64,000 nucleotides of DNA, from positions 79,546,001 through 79,610,000 of the forward strand of contig OX597824.1 in the NCBI GenBank assembly GCA_951406725.2. Reading direction: 5' to 3'. This document shows, piece by piece, positions 12,879 to 26,452 of this stretch. This stretch comes from Octopus vulgaris (taxonomy: Eukaryota). Within the stretch, counting starts at the first letter, position 1. Each line of letters opens with the position of its first letter. The translations under genes and the position numbers were made by a program. The notes beneath the pieces were generated by a model. That model did no database searches. It saw only the letters and a list, made by a program, of their open reading frames with translations, and was not told the origin of the DNA.

Positions 12879-13626
12879 ACATATATATATATATATATAT
12901 ATATAAGTACAAAGTGAGATAGGGGTTATGAGTGTAACCCACTATGGGATATCAGTTATCCAATATACTGCTGGTGAAGTACCCAAAAGGCAAATACATA
13001 AATGCTTATAATTGCAATGCAATTAATTTATTTATTGTATTAGATGGGCGAAGGTAAAATATTTTACCTCAAATTCATAGGCTGAAACAGCTGTAAGATC
13101 CATTTTATGCGTATTATTTTTATGGTATTATCTTACTTATTGATGTATATTGTTTTATTCTGTTGGATTTGGATGTTCCTATTTAAGTAGTTAATAAATA
13201 ATATGAATTGGTAATATCTGTAAGTTGATGATTGAAAGAAATCTGTTTCTCCATTTTCTTATTTGTATATATATATATATATATATATATATGTTTGTGT
13301 GCCTGCGTTTGTCCCCTCCCCCCACCGTTGCTTGACAACCGATGTTGGTGTATTTATGTCCCTGTAACTTAGTGGTTTGGCAGAAGACACCGATAGAATA
13401 AGTACTAAGCTTACAAAGAGTAAGTGCTGGGATTGATTTGTTTGACTAAAAGAGGTACTCCAGCATGGCCGCAGTCAAATGACTGAAACAAGTAAAAGAG
13501 TAAGAGAAGTGAAGGCTTGTGGCTTAGTTGCTAGAGTGTTTAGCTCATAATTATAAGGTCGGGAGTTCGATTTCTGGTTGTGCATTATATCCTTAAGCAA
13601 GATACTTTATTTCATCATGCTTCAAT

Positions 13627-14118
13627 TCATCATCATCATCATCATTGTTCGACCGTGGTCGAGACAGTGGAATTTACCATGCTACCCCAGACTTCATGGT
13701 CCATCATAGCATTACGGAGGTCCTGTTGCTGGATGCCTGTATCCCTGGAGATTACATCAGGGTAGGAGAGTGTGCGCCCTCTGGTATTGCGAGTAGATGG
13801 CTTCCAGAGGAGAAGAGTAGAAATTGTCTCATTTTCTGCTCTACAACAATGTCCAGCAAACTGGACTCTCCTACCTTTCACAAGAGATGACACAGGTGGT
13901 AGTTTCCCATATATTTGCATTTTGGTTGGATGACGCTTCCACGAGAGATTTTGAGCTCTCATAAGGAGGCGAGTGTAGGTTCCATCCAACCGCCTCTCAA
14001 GCTTCTTTGATAATGTCCAGGTTTCTGAGCCATATAGTAGAATTGGTTCGACTGTGGCTTTGAAGATTTCAAGTTTGAAGTCTCTACTTAGATTTGATGA
14101 CCAGATCTTATGCATCTT
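13627..14118 (-). mobile_element. RTE-clade LINE, 5'-truncated, inserted into an older SINE
   Basis: IFKATVEPILLYGSETWTL...RRVQFAGHC; (TGA)n tail; direct repeat ATGCTTCAAT at 13617-13626 and 14119-14128. Confidence 0.9.
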
Positions 14119-14460
14119 ATGCTTCAATCCACTCAGCTGGCAAAAATAAATTCTACTTGTAGTGCAATGGGACAGCCTTGTCTCATCCAGTGTGTCACGC
14201 TGAATCTCTCAAAGAACTATGTTAAGTGTATGCATGTCTGTGGAGCGCTCAGCCACTTAGACATTAATTCCACGAGCAGGCTGTTCTGCTGATCGAATCA
14301 ACTGGCACACTCATTGTCATGATTCAACAGAGAGCCAGGTCAATGTAATCAACTTTTTCCCATTCTTTCAAAATTCCTGGCTGTTTACCAAAAAATTAGA
14401 AGCAATTATGATTTTTCAGTTCTATATTTATAATTATAAAAAATATAATTTTTATTATAA

Positions 14461-14852
14461 CTAGCAGTATTGCCCACCGTTGCTCGGGTTTGTTTCGACC
14501 CTTTAGGATTGGAATTTTTGAAAAGTAAAAATGTTCCATTATGTAGCTTGTTATTCTCTTTAAGTGAACATTTTTCTGGTTGAAATACACCAAAAAATGG
14601 CGATACAGCAGTAAAAAAAATCATAAAAAATAGGGATTTTCATAGAAAAAAGCACCTTTTTTATGTAAATAAATTTTGATGTTAACATGGTCCGATTTGA
14701 ATTTTATCTTTTGCGGAAGAAAGAGCAAGCCTTCTTCTATCATACTTTCAATTCTGGTCAACTTGCACTGCAGGGTCTCGGAGGAGATAGTGTTAGTTGA
14801 AGGCTACCAAAGCTGCCATATACACAGACAACTTCAGCTTTATATATATAGA
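14461..14852 (-). mobile_element. Non-autonomous Helitron
   Basis: Minus strand starts TCTATATATATAAAGCTG and ends CCCGAGCAACGGTGGGCAATACTGCTAG; inserted between A and T. Confidence 0.85.
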
Positions 14853-15193
14853 TAATTGTCATTGTTAAGTTAGGAATGGTGGTAAAAGTATCCAATGTGC
14901 ACTTCCTTTTTTCGAAGTGGAGTAAGTTTTGGCTGCTATTATCAGCAAATTGAGTGACTACTGAGAGGGTTCTTTGACTTAAAAATCTAAAGTCCACCAA
15001 ATTTAATTTGTCTTCTCACAGCTACAACCACCAGAACTTTTACCTTTTTGACAATCTTGCTTCATTAAAAATATTCCAGCCATGGCCACCTCATCTTTCA
15101 CTCAGGTATTGCATATCCAGATCTACATACGTCCCTCCTTTTCGGAGATAGTGGGGTGCAATGTACGAGAGTTTGGCTGCTATTTTTACCATA

Positions 15194-15583
15194 GGCACAG
15201 GAGTGGCTGTGTGGTAAGTAGCTTGCTTACCAACCACATGGTTCCGGGTTCATTCCCACTGCATGGCACCTTGGGCAAGTGTCTTCTACTATAGCCTTGT
15301 GAGTGGATTTGGTAAACGGAAACTGAAAGAAGCCTGTTGCATATATGTATATATATATATATATATATATGTGTCTGTGTATATGTTTGTGTGTCTGTGT
15401 TTGTCCCCACAACATCACTTGACAACCGATGTTGGTGTGTTTACGTCCCCGTAACTTAGCGGTTCGGCAAAAGAGATAGAATAAGTACTAGGCTTACAAA
15501 GAATAAGTCTTGGGGTCGATTTGCTCGACTGAAGGCGGTGCTCCAGCATGGCCACAGTCAAATGACTGAAACAAGTAAAAGAG
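15194..15583 (+). mobile_element. SINE family A
   Basis: Matches 793-1196. Confidence 0.88.
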
Positions 15584-15720
15584 TTAATAATGAGTAACTG
15601 TTGTTATTGTTGGTAATATTGTTCATTAGCCCAAGGTCAGCTCTGATCAATTAAAACTTTTAATCAAAGACATTCCAGCCATGACTATCACGTCGTTTTC
15701 CTACATGTAGAAAACTCAAG

Positions 15721-16585
15721 ACCATAATATTAAAATATGCTCTTTTCCGATGTGGTGGTACAGAGTGAAATTTGGCTGGTCTTTCTAGCAGATGTCATAG
15801 CCATACAGAAGCTCTCCTATTAACTCATTGTTCATGTTGTTGTTGTTGTTGGTGTTGATATCAGAGTTGCAGTAAATATCTTTGTAAATATTACATATAC
15901 AGGAAAACATGTAGCAGAAATAGAGTCAGTAGAAGCAGCCCTGTTGCAGCGGCAACTGCTAAGTAATGCAAATGCAGTTGCAGCAGTTGACTTTTTCCAG
16001 CGGTTAACAAGAACGATCACCACCGTTGTCATGGTGAGATAATGTCTAGTAGCAGCTGTGTTGCTGTAGCAACGGCTCTGTCAGCTACAGTAGTAAATGA
16101 CGAGGGCTCCTCTATGGAGTCGCATGACCTGCTAGAAATAGCAGCTAAATCTCCCCCCTCAAATCCAAACATTACTGTTTTTTTTTGAGAAATGATATAA
16201 TCCTTAAAAATGTTTTAGCCCGAAGGCCGCGGCCATGCTGGGGCACCCCTTCCCTGCAACTCTGCCTCTGTGGTGTATTCTGATGATATCCTTCATTTGT
16301 TGAGAAGAGCTCAGAAACCTGCAGTGCAAGTTAAATGGAATGGTCATAGTTGGAATGCCTGCAAATATATAAATCTGCTGGGCGAGGGTCAAAGTAGGGC
16401 TAAACAATAGCATTACCACTGCCGCCGCCACCACCACCACCACCACCATAATATTAAATATGCTCTTTTTCTGATGTGGTACAATGTGATTTGAGTGAGA
16501 TTTGGCTGGTGTTTCTCACAGATCTCATTACCATATAGAGGCTCTCCAATTAACTCATTCTTCATGTTGTTGTTGTTGTTGTTGT
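15721..16585. repeat. ~130-bp dispersed direct repeat (15721-15850 and 16445-16585)
   Basis: ACCATAATATTAAA(A)TATGCTCTTTT...TTTGGCTGGT...TAACTCATT.TTCATGTTGTTG occurs twice. Confidence 0.75.
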
Positions 16586-16693
16586 TACCACCACCACCAC
16601 CACCGCCACCACCATCACCATCATCATCATCCTAATCATCATCATCGTCATCATCCTAATCATCATCATCATCATCATCATCGACATCCTCAG

Positions 16694-16734
<41 letters not shown>

Positions 16735-16735
16735 C

Positions 16736-16803
<68 letters not shown>

Positions 16804-17160
16804 GCCGTCGTCATCATCATCATCAAAAACAGCAGCAGATGTAGAAATAAAATTTATGTTGTTGTTGCTGCTATTGCTGTTGCAGCAGAACTTGTAGAGT
16901 GAGATACGGTTTTCAGATTGTCATATCGCTGCCTTGATGCAGCAGCAGTTGTACAACACAACTGCAAAGTCATGTGACCATATTGGGGATATCATTACGG
17001 TAGTATGGAGGAGGGGAGTTTCCACATTGGCAGCCTTGGAATAGTGTGTGGAAATCCTGGGTAACACACGCACACACACACATATACTACACTAACACTG
17101 CTTCCTTGGAATCTGTTTGAACACATACATATGTACATATGTATATATATATATATATAC

Positions 17161-17343
17161 CGGAGTAAACACATTAATGTGAAACAAGGTGGAAAAAAGA
17201 GTACTCAAATACCAGTGGTAGAGTAATATGCTTTATTTAAAAGCAGCAGAAAATTCAACAAAACCTGTTACTCTGAGTTGAACGGAAACGGGAAAACTCA
17301 GAGTAACAGGTTTTGTTGAATTTTCTGCTGCTTTTAAATAAAG
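17161..17343. mobile_element. Family H3 element with an inverted truncated arm, in TA tracts
   Basis: 17231-17279 is the reverse complement of 17295-17343; homologous to 39799-40024; 3' half of a hammerhead present. Confidence 0.8.
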
Positions 17344-17731
17344 TATATATATATATATATATGTATGTATGTGTGTGGGTGTGTGTATATATATATATAC
17401 ACATATATATATATATACACACGCATATTTATATACATGAATAAACATATATATATATGTGCACATATGTATATATGTATGTATATACATACATACATAT
17501 ATATATGTGTGTGTGTATATATATATACACACACACATGAATAGACACATATATATGTGTATATATGTATGTATATACAAACATATATATGTGTGTATAT
17601 ATGTATATATGTATGCATATGCATATATATATGTGTGTGTGTATATATATGTATGTATGTATGTACGTATATATGTATGTATGTATGTATGTATATATGT
17701 ATGCATGTAAGCATAAAAATATGGGTCCAAC

Positions 17732-17796
<65 letters not shown>

Positions 17797-18214
17797 ATAT
17801 AGATAGCTAGATAGATAATCTTTCTCCTTCATCTTCTCTTCTTCAGTAATATCAACACCATCGTTTTTACACCTGCTTTTTCCGTGCTGGCATGGGTTAG
17901 ATGAGACTTATTTAGGCAGCATTCTACAGCCAGATGTCACTCCCTGCTGCCAACCTTACTTTTTTTTTTGTCAAGGAGGCTATATATATTCACAAATTGA
18001 AACCAATTAAATCACTGAGTTACTGAACATATTGCTTACGAGACATGTAAAAAATACATAATTGTTTTTGCTCAACTGGAAACAATGTGAAAATATGCAG
18101 AAACAAGCCCTCAATCACATAACACACACACACACACACATGATTTTTGCAAAGACTCATTTCAGTGTTACAAGTTGTTCTTCATTCTCTTTTTCTAATA
18201 CCTTAATGCTCACA

Positions 18215-18530
18215 GGTAAAAAAAACAAAAACATCAGCAATGAATGAATTCCAGAGGGATGCAATGATGTTCTGGAAAGGAAGGATTGGATAAAGTGGAT
18301 AGTGCATGTAGGGCAGATACAATAAGGGAAATGGGAAAACAAGAGATGAGTGAGTCTGAAGGGTCTGAATGGAGGTGACATGAACTCAACCATTTCCAAA
18401 GAGTAGAATCCATCATTGTAGTTACTGTAAAAGGTCAGAGTGAAGAGAGAGCCCATCTGTGATCCAGAGATTGAAGTGTTTTTGTGGATGACCCCATACA
18501 AATCAGTCAAGTGGCTTTTCTCTGGGTACC
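18215..18530 (-). mobile_element. Old CR1/Zenon-type LINE ORF2 C-terminal fragment
   Basis: QRKAT..LI, LQSLDHRW, FYSNYNDG...SFLSRT motifs across frameshifts. Confidence 0.55.
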
Positions 18531-18987
18531 AAAAAAAAAAAAAAAAGAGAAAAGAAACATTCATATACACAACAGTAGTACTCTCCTAAATGTGACACTT
18601 ATCACAGTTTTATCAAGTCAGGTGCCTTTTGATTACAAAATACCAAATATTTGAACCAGTCATGTTTATCCAAAGATTGGTGAAAAAAAAGGCTTCCTTT
18701 GTGTACATATCTTGATCTGGTTAATAAATAAGACTCACTCCAATCAAACTAATTTCCTCATATCAGCAGAGTTTCTAGAACCTCATAGAGGCAAAGAGTT
18801 CTTCAATATTGATAAAACCCAGATGTTTCATGATCTTTGAGGTGCCCTCGACTGGAATTCATCAAACAGTTTCCAAGACCATTCATCAAGGCAACGCAAA
18901 CATGTGAAGATGGTTATCTTCCTATCAGGGAATGGAAGCTTCCAAACAATGACCAGACAACAGATTATTGACAATAGATAGTTCATT

Positions 18988-19250
18988 GTACTTATTCTAT
19001 CGGTCTCTTTTGCCGAACTGCTAAGTTACAGGGATGTAAACACACCAGCATTGGTTGTCAAGCGATGTTGGGAGGACAAACACAGACACACACTCATACA
19101 TATATATATATATATATATATACATATACACGACGAGCTTCTTTCAGTTTCCGTCTGTAGTAGAAGACACTGGCCCAAGGTGCCATGCAGTGGGACTGAA
19201 CCCGGAACCATGTGGTTGGTAAGCAAGCTACTTACCACACAGCCACTCCT
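18988..19250 (-). mobile_element. SINE family A (partial)
   Basis: Matches family A head and body. Confidence 0.85.
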
Positions 19251-19523
19251 ACTCTTGATAAAGATATTTAATGCACACATCAATTAAGAGTTCTACAATT
19301 CATTAAAGTCTGCTAAATATGCCTGAAAATATACCATCAACGGATTTGACAATACAATATTTACTTTGATACAATAAAACAGCTGCAATAAAGTTTCCTA
19401 TTTCAAGCATGAGCAATCCTTTCTATCATAGGCACAAGGCCTGAAATTTGCTGGGAGGGGGTAATTCGGCTACATAAACCCCAGTGCATAACTGGTACTT
19501 ATTTAATCCACCCCAAAAGGATA

Positions 19524-20005
19524 AAACCCCTATCTTGCACAGAACATTGACCTCCTGGAATCTGTCCAGAGACGTGCAACCAAACGCATACCCTCCATCA
19601 GACACCTACCATATTCTGAGCGCCTTGTTTCCCTGGGCATGGATTCACTGAAGCTCTGGCGTTTGGCGACGGACTTGGTAAACACCCACAAAGTTATCAA
19701 CCACCTCACCAACAACAACACTGAACACCTTTTTGATCTCCATGTGTCTAACACACGTGGACATGCCTACAAAGTCAGAAAACAATACAGCTCCCATGAC
19801 TTTCGGAAACATTTTTTCACGCTCAGAATTGCTGAAGCATGGAATAAACTGCCTGCGTCAGTTGTTGACGGCCATGACACTGCATCTTTTAAGGCCCTCA
19901 TGCTTTCCGAAATCCGCCGAAACTACACCTGATTATATATACACTTTAGATGAGTTGTAGTGCACCTGAGCACTGTACACAATTATTATTATTATTATTA
20001 TTATT
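19524..20005 (+). mobile_element. CR1-clade LINE 3' end
   Basis: Homologous to 8460-9021; NTRGHAYKVRKQ...FFTLRIAEAWNKLP; (ATT)n tail. Confidence 0.9.
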
Positions 20006-20442
20006 ATAAAAAGCAAAGTCGACCACGGTAGAATTTGAACTCAGAATGTAGAGATGGGCTACATACTGTTAAGCATTTCGTCCGGTATGCTAACGATTCT
20101 TCCAGCTCACCGCTCTCAAGCAGGAACAATAGTTCAGTAGCAATGAAGTGCTTTTTTTGTCTTCCTAATTCATGGAGATACTTTAGCATTGAACAACTTG
20201 CAGTTCACATGGAAAAGGTGAAATGCTTAGAGGTATTTCGTCTGTCTTTACATTCCGAGTTCAACTTCTGCTGTGGTTGACTTTACCTTTCATCCTTTCA
20301 GGGTTGATAAATTAAGTACCAGTTATGTACTGGAGTCGATCTAATCAACTGGCCCCCTCCCAAAAATTTAGGGCCTTGTACCTAGAGAAGAAAAGAATAT
20401 GGACAGATTACTTCTGCTGAAGTTTGCTTCCTCCTCCTTCTC

Positions 20443-20900
20443 CTCATCATCATCGTTTAACGTCCGCTTTCCATGCTAGCATGGGTTGGACGATTTGACT
20501 GAGGACTGGCGAACCAGATGGCTGCACTAGGCTCCAATCTGATCTGGCAGAGTTTCTACAGCTGGATGCCCTTCCTAATGCCAACCACTCCAAGAGTGTA
20601 GTAGGTGCTTTTACGTACCACTGGTACGAGGGCCAGTCAGGTAGTACTGGCAACAGCCATGCTCAAATGGTGCTTTTTATGTGCCACCTGCACAGGAGCC
20701 TTTCCAGCGACACTGGCAATGACCTTGCTCGAATGTTTTTTCATGTGCCACCACCACAAGTGCTAGTAAGGCGACACAGGTAACGATCACGCTCGAATTG
20801 TGTTTTTAATGTGCCATCGGCACAGAGGCCAGCTTGTTGCTCTGGCCACAATCTCACTCATATGGTACTCTTAGTGCTCCACTAGCACGGATGCCAATGA
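20443..20900 (-). mobile_element. SINE family C
   Basis: Reverse complement of the family C tail and body. Confidence 0.8.
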
Positions 20901-22595
20901 TCACAAAAAGAATAAAAGCTGATGAATTCTAGATGTAGCTTAAATTTTCATCACTATGATCTAAAATTAAAATCTTCAAACTGCCTACAAACACCAGGGT
21001 CCATCTTTTTAGTGACGAGATCTTTGGTCGTTTATCAAAATTTTGTTACAAGCTGGAGATCAAAGATTTTCTTCCAGCTGTAATGGTACCATGGACCTGA
21101 ATCATGGGCCCAGTAGTAAAGGCAGCAGCAAACAAATTGTTATTGAACATGTTTCCCGAACTACAACCTCATTAAGTAATGCTCAGTTAGTTGTGCAAAA
21201 AAAGTGATGGTCATCCAAAATAGATTCATCAGCATTAACTGGCAGCTGTTGCAAGCAATTCCAGGAAATAGCCATATCTGAAAAGATCAATAAACACCGC
21301 ACTGGAAGGGTGCAGCTCTCATCCTTTACATTAAAATATTAATTGAAGGAAAGAGTCAAGATTTCCGATTAACTTCAATAGCATAAATATTTTATTTCTG
21401 GATTCGCAATATATACATTCTTCTTTCAGGGCGAATCGGCAGCCTAGGGGCTTGTTGCAGTAGTCAAATGGAGTGAGTCAAATCCTGTCTGTTCAAGCAT
21501 AGCAGAGATATGCCACAAGGTAGCAGCTTGAGAGAGTTGCTAAAATACGACTGTCCTGTTTGGCTGCCAGCGTTCAAGAGGACAATACAAGGGAAATTTC
21601 ACTGCTGCTAGTTTTCTGCACATGCACATGAGGGAACTTCCGGCAGGCCTCCCGGAAGAATTCAACTCTGCGCATGCGTACTGGAGATTTCCAAGATGTC
21701 ATCACTACACACTGTTGTGGATCAGAAAGAAACAGTTCACTATCCAGTAAAATTTTATAATTCTTGGATCCTTCAGTTCTACTGAGTCCTACACAGGCTT
21801 CACTAAAATATATAAATAAAAGGATCCCTAATAATGCTGCTGTGTAATTTGGATGATGAAGGCATATGGCTTAGTGGTTAGGGTATTTGGCTCATGATTG
21901 CAAGATCATGAGTTCAATTCCTGGTGACATGTGTCCTTGAGCAAGATGCTTTGTATCACATTACTCCAGTCCACTCAGTTGGCAGAAATAAATAATACCT
22001 GTATTTTAAAGGGCCAGCTTTGTTACACTCCGTGTCACACTGAAAATCCCTGAGAACTATGTTAAGGGTACATGAGTCTGTGAAGTGCTCAGTCACATAC
22101 ACGTTAATTTCATGCGACAGCTGTTTCGCTGCTTGGATCATCTGGAACCCTTATTGTCATAACCGACAGAGTGCCAGATTTGTCAGTAATTTGGATCAGG
22201 GGCAGCTATGTAATAGAATAAGACCAATGGTTAAGAAGCACATGTAATTAAGACAAATATTCTCACTAGTTACACACAAAAAAAAAAAGAATGTAATTCT
22301 ACTGTAAATTCCATTATTATCAATAGTTGTACTCTCTAAGACAGTTTCAGATTAACTGCATCAATACTTAAGATCAATCTTATCAATTAATAAATCCTAA
22401 GTGTAAACATTCACAGTTGCTGAACTGTATCTTGGGGTATCACAGTCTGTATCAGACAAAAGTCCCCTGGCAACACTACCACCACTCCTCCCATTTGAGA
22501 TCTATTGTCATGTAAGTCTTGCAATGTCTTGATGGGGTGATGGGGTCTCATAACCTTGCTCCAGACTGGGCCTCATAAACCTACTGGTTAAATTA

Positions 22596-22626
<31 letters not shown>

Positions 22627-22751
22627 CGCGTGCATGTGTTTGCGTGTTCCAGCATGGCCACAATCCAATGACTGAAACAAACAAGCGATAAGTGAAAAAT
22701 AACTAAAATAAAATAACATTAAAACAGTAAAAAAAAATTTATATCCCTTAC

Positions 22752-22892
22752 AGTTTCCATTGTGTATTGAACATTGACAGTGAATGGGGTTGAAGGTTGT
22801 GCCCTTTGGACATGATCTTAAATAGAAGCCATGACCTGGTACTTGTTCGAAGTATTTTGTTGGATCATCAACACAGGAGCTCCGCTGACACA
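22752..22892 (-). CDS. Host internal exon encoding a chitin-binding (peritrophin-A/CBM14-like, Pif/BMSP-like) cysteine module
   Basis: ccag|TG...AACT|gtaagg; 141 nt, phase 1-1; CQRSSCVDDPTKYFEQVPGHGFYLRSCPKGTTFNPIHCQCSIHNGN with the CPxGTxFN...CxC motif. Confidence 0.8.
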
Positions 22893-23018
22893 CTGGTATA
22901 TAGACATACGATTTTATATAATTGATATATTGTACAGTATTTGTTCCAAATGAAATAAAAGATTGTTTACAATTGAATTCTGTGTTCTGATTTCATACGC
23001 TTGAATTAGCTAAATACC

Positions 23019-23433
23019 TATTTCTTTACTACCCACAAGGGGCTGAACACAGGGAGGACAAACAAGGACAGACGAACGGATTAAGTCGATTACATCGACC
23101 CCAGTGTGTAACTGGTACTTAATTTATCGATCCCGAAAGGATGAAAGACAAAGTCGACCTCGGTGGAATTTGAACTCAGAACGTAGCGGCAGACGAAATA
23201 CCTATTCCTTTACTACCCACAAGGGGCTAAACACAGAAGGGACAAACAAGGACAGACAAACGGATTAAGTCAATTATATCGACCCCAGTGCGCAACTGGT
23301 ACTTATTCAATTGTTCCCGAAAGGATTAAAGGCAAAGTTGACATTGGCGGAATTTGAAATCAGAATGTAACGGCAGACGAAATACTGCTAAGCATTTCGC
23401 CCGGCGTGCTAACGTTTCTGCCAGCTCGCCGCC
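23019..23433 (-). mobile_element. SINE family B dimer with 15-bp TSD
   Basis: TSD AATTAGCTAAATACC at 23004-23018 and 23436-23450. Confidence 0.9.
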
Positions 23434-23819
23434 TTAATTAGCTAAATACCACTTACACAATTAAATCACAATAAATATTATTTGCACCCAATAGCACAGT
23501 ATATGAGATGCTGTACTGCTTTGTATAAACATGCTAGGAAACAATTCCAGTAACTTTTCCAGAGAAAAGTGTTCCAGTAACCCTTTTGATACAACCAATC
23601 CAAGACCACTCCAGCTTTTGTAATACAAAATTTCTGTTTTAAAGTAATCGAAATTAAAACCTTTCATTAAAATTTCATGTTAATTTAAGTTGCAAACATC
23701 AGCCTAACAATGACAAAGTTATATCATTAAGTTCTTCATTGTTTTCAAAATTAACTGAAAATTAAAGCAGCATGTTTCATCAGAAATATTGTAACAAAAG
23801 GATTTGACTGGATTGGACT

Positions 23820-23975
23820 GCCCATGTTCAGTCCACTGAAGAATGAGAGCCTAATCCTGTTATCTCCACCGAAGGATGAAGGCCTCAGCCTGTTCTCTCC
23901 ACTGAAGGACGAGGGCCTCAGCCTGTTCTCTCTACTGAGATACGAGGGTTTCAATCTGTTTTTTCCACAAGAGAA
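23820..23975. repeat. 33-bp minisatellite, 4-5 units
   Basis: CCTGTTCTCTCCACTGAAGGACGAGGGCCTCAG repeated. Confidence 0.85.
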
Positions 23976-24350
23976 TGGCTTGAGATACTGGTTTGATGAG
24001 CTAACTTTGGCACACTGGCTTGACATGGCTTGGCAGAGGGATACAGCTTTTTTTATTTTAGACTCATACCCAGGGCTAGTTAAGCTGATTACATCAACCC
24101 TAGAGCTCAACTGGTACTTATTTCATTGATCCCCAAAAGATGAAAGATAAAGTTGACTTCAGTGGAATTTGAACTCCATCATAAAGACAAACAAAATACT
24201 GCTAAGTATTTTGCCCAGCACACTAATGATTCTGCCAGGTCACAGCCTTAAGGGTTAACCTGAATATACCTCCATTAGGAACAAGTTTAAGTCATTCATT
24301 GTTGCTTTTCAGTCTGGGCAGTGCTAGGCATTCTTCTAGTATGCGTGCAT

Positions 24351-24390
<40 letters not shown>

Positions 24391-24655
24391 ATGCTCTGAT
24401 GTCTATAGAATCAACTGGTCTTCATCATAACCATTATCATTTTACATCGGCTTTTCTATGCTAGTATGAATTGGAAGAGTTATCATAATCTGAGATAGTT
24501 CTTGCTACATTACTAGTTCATAACTGTCAACTCAACCATTATAAGAAACTACACATACTCCACTAGCTACTGTGTCCATCAATAAGAAAAGTGACCTATG
24601 TTATTGTTGCTATTAGAGGTAGGTGTTCAATAGTATACATATGGTTTCTTATCTT

Positions 24656-25097
24656 GTGGAGATATATGGCCTAGTGGTTAGAGCAGCAGACTCGCGGTCG
24701 AGGGATTGCGGGTTCGAATCTCAGACTGGGTGATGTGTGTGTTTATGAGCAAAACGCCTAAGCTCCACATGGCTCCGGTAGAAGGCTTCTTATCTTGTGG
24801 AGGCACATGGCCTAGTGGTTAGAGCAGTGGACTCGTGGTCAAGGGATCGCCGGTTCGAATCTCAGACTGAGTGATGTGTGTGTTCATGAGCGAAATGCCT
24901 AAGCTCCACACGGCTCCGGTAGAAGGTCGTGGTGATCTTCTGCTGACTCTTTTGCCACAACTTTCTCTCACTCTTTCCTCCTGCATCTTGCAGCTCACCT
25001 GCGACGGACCGGCGTCCCATCCAGGTGGGGAACCTATACGCCAAGGAAAACGGGAAACCGGCCCTATGAGCCAGGCGTGGCTCGAGATGGAACAAAC
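24656..25097 (+). mobile_element. tRNA-derived SINE family D (V-domain-like) with duplicated 5' part
   Basis: TGGCCTAGTGG and GGTTCGAATCTC boxes twice; CTGCGACGGACCGGCGTCCCATCCAGG segment. Confidence 0.8.
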
Positions 25098-25134
25098 ATG
25101 GTTTCTTATCTGTTTTCTCCAGTTTCCTGATTCT

Positions 25135-25420
25135 GGCTACTTCTGCAGAGCAGCCACCCTCCTCCTATTGCAGCTGAGTTTAGGACTGTCCTTAGCACAA
25201 GCTACAGTGATTTGGCCACATCTGCAGGATGAGCATTGGACGACTACCACACCAACTTTTGTAGTGGCAGCAACCCATACACTGGAGAATCCAGCACAGT
25301 GCACCAAAGAAGACATGGGTGAAACAAGTTGAGGAAGATCTGAAGTCACAGTGCTTCGACCTCAAGCATGCTAAGGCCAGGGTCATAGATCAGAAAGCAT
25401 GACCCTCAGCAACATATTGG
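25135..25420 (+). mobile_element. RTE (BovB-like) LINE ORF2 C-terminal remnant
   Basis: FGHICRMSIGRLPHQLL...APKKTWVKQVEEDLK. Confidence 0.6.
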
Positions 25421-25511
25421 TTGAGAGGATAGCCTTCTCCTCCAGTTGCCAGCGAGAGATTCTTACTTATTCATTAAAGGTATTTACTCTATTAACACGT
25501 GGAGTAGAAGA

Positions 25512-25554
25512 GTCGCTGAAGAGGTCACAGATGTGTAATGAAAGATTTCCAGAC
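25512..25554 (+). ncRNA. Degenerate minimal hammerhead-like motif (family H7; truncated relative at about 2391-2415)
   Basis: GUCG-CUGAAGA-GGUCACagauGUGUAAU-GAAA-GAUUUC-CAGAC. Confidence 0.4.
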
Positions 25555-25607
25555 AATGGACATAAGATAAAATAAGAACAATAATAATAATGATAATAAT
25601 AATAATA

Positions 25608-26035
25608 ATCATCATCATCGTTTAATGTCCGCTTTCCATGCTAGCATGGGTTGGACGATTTGACTGAGGACTGGTGAACCAGATGGCTGCACCAGGCTCC
25701 AATCTGGTCTGGCAGAGTTTCTACAGCTGGATGCCCTTCCTAATGCCAACCACTGCGAGAGTGTAGTGGGTGCTTTTATGTGACATCGGCACGAGGGCCA
25801 GTCAGGCGGTACTGGCAATGGCCATGCTCAAATGGTGTTTTTTAGATGTCACCTGCACAGGAGCCAGTCCAGCGGCACTGGCAACGACCTCGCTCGAATG
25901 TTTTTTCACGTGTCACCGGCATTTTTACGTGCTACTGGCACAGAAGCCAGTCAGCTGCTCTAGCAACGATCACGCTCAGATGGTGCTCTTAGCGCTCCAC
26001 TGGCACAGGTGCCAGTCACCGAATTTGATCCAATG
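25608..26035 (-). mobile_element. SINE family C
   Basis: Homologous to 20443-20900. Confidence 0.8.
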
Positions 26036-26452
26036 TGAAAACTGAAGGTATAGTGCATGTGTTTATTAGGCAAGCAAAAGAAAATGACCATCCAAAAATA
26101 TAACAAGGACTTCAAGTCATTTGCTGTTAATGATCCACATATGCCACCCTAGGCCAAGCTGGCTCCTGCACAATCTCAGGGTGGATAACCTCTGTTGTTC
26201 ATAAAGATTTACAGCCAACTATGATTCATGTGGGTCATGCAAACTCACACATAACCTGACACCAAGTCAAATTGGTTATCACTCCAGGTGGTAAGTGCTG
26301 TTGCTGATTTACCATACCCTACCAAAATCATGACTAACTGGTGCTAACATCTTGTCTGCTTTACCATACCAGCTTCCAGTCAAAGAACTGATGCCTCTAA
26401 GCTAACCAAAAGAACCCTATGACCTGAACTAACTAATGATGTTCTAAATACT

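Noticed and set aside
15903-16033. Possible plus-strand exon (tacag|GAAAAC...CATG|gtgaga)
   Set aside because: No polypyrimidine tract, no recognisable domain, low-complexity surroundings
24656-24870. tRNA genes
   Set aside because: A/B boxes belong to SINE heads that continue into repeat bodies; no complete acceptor stem
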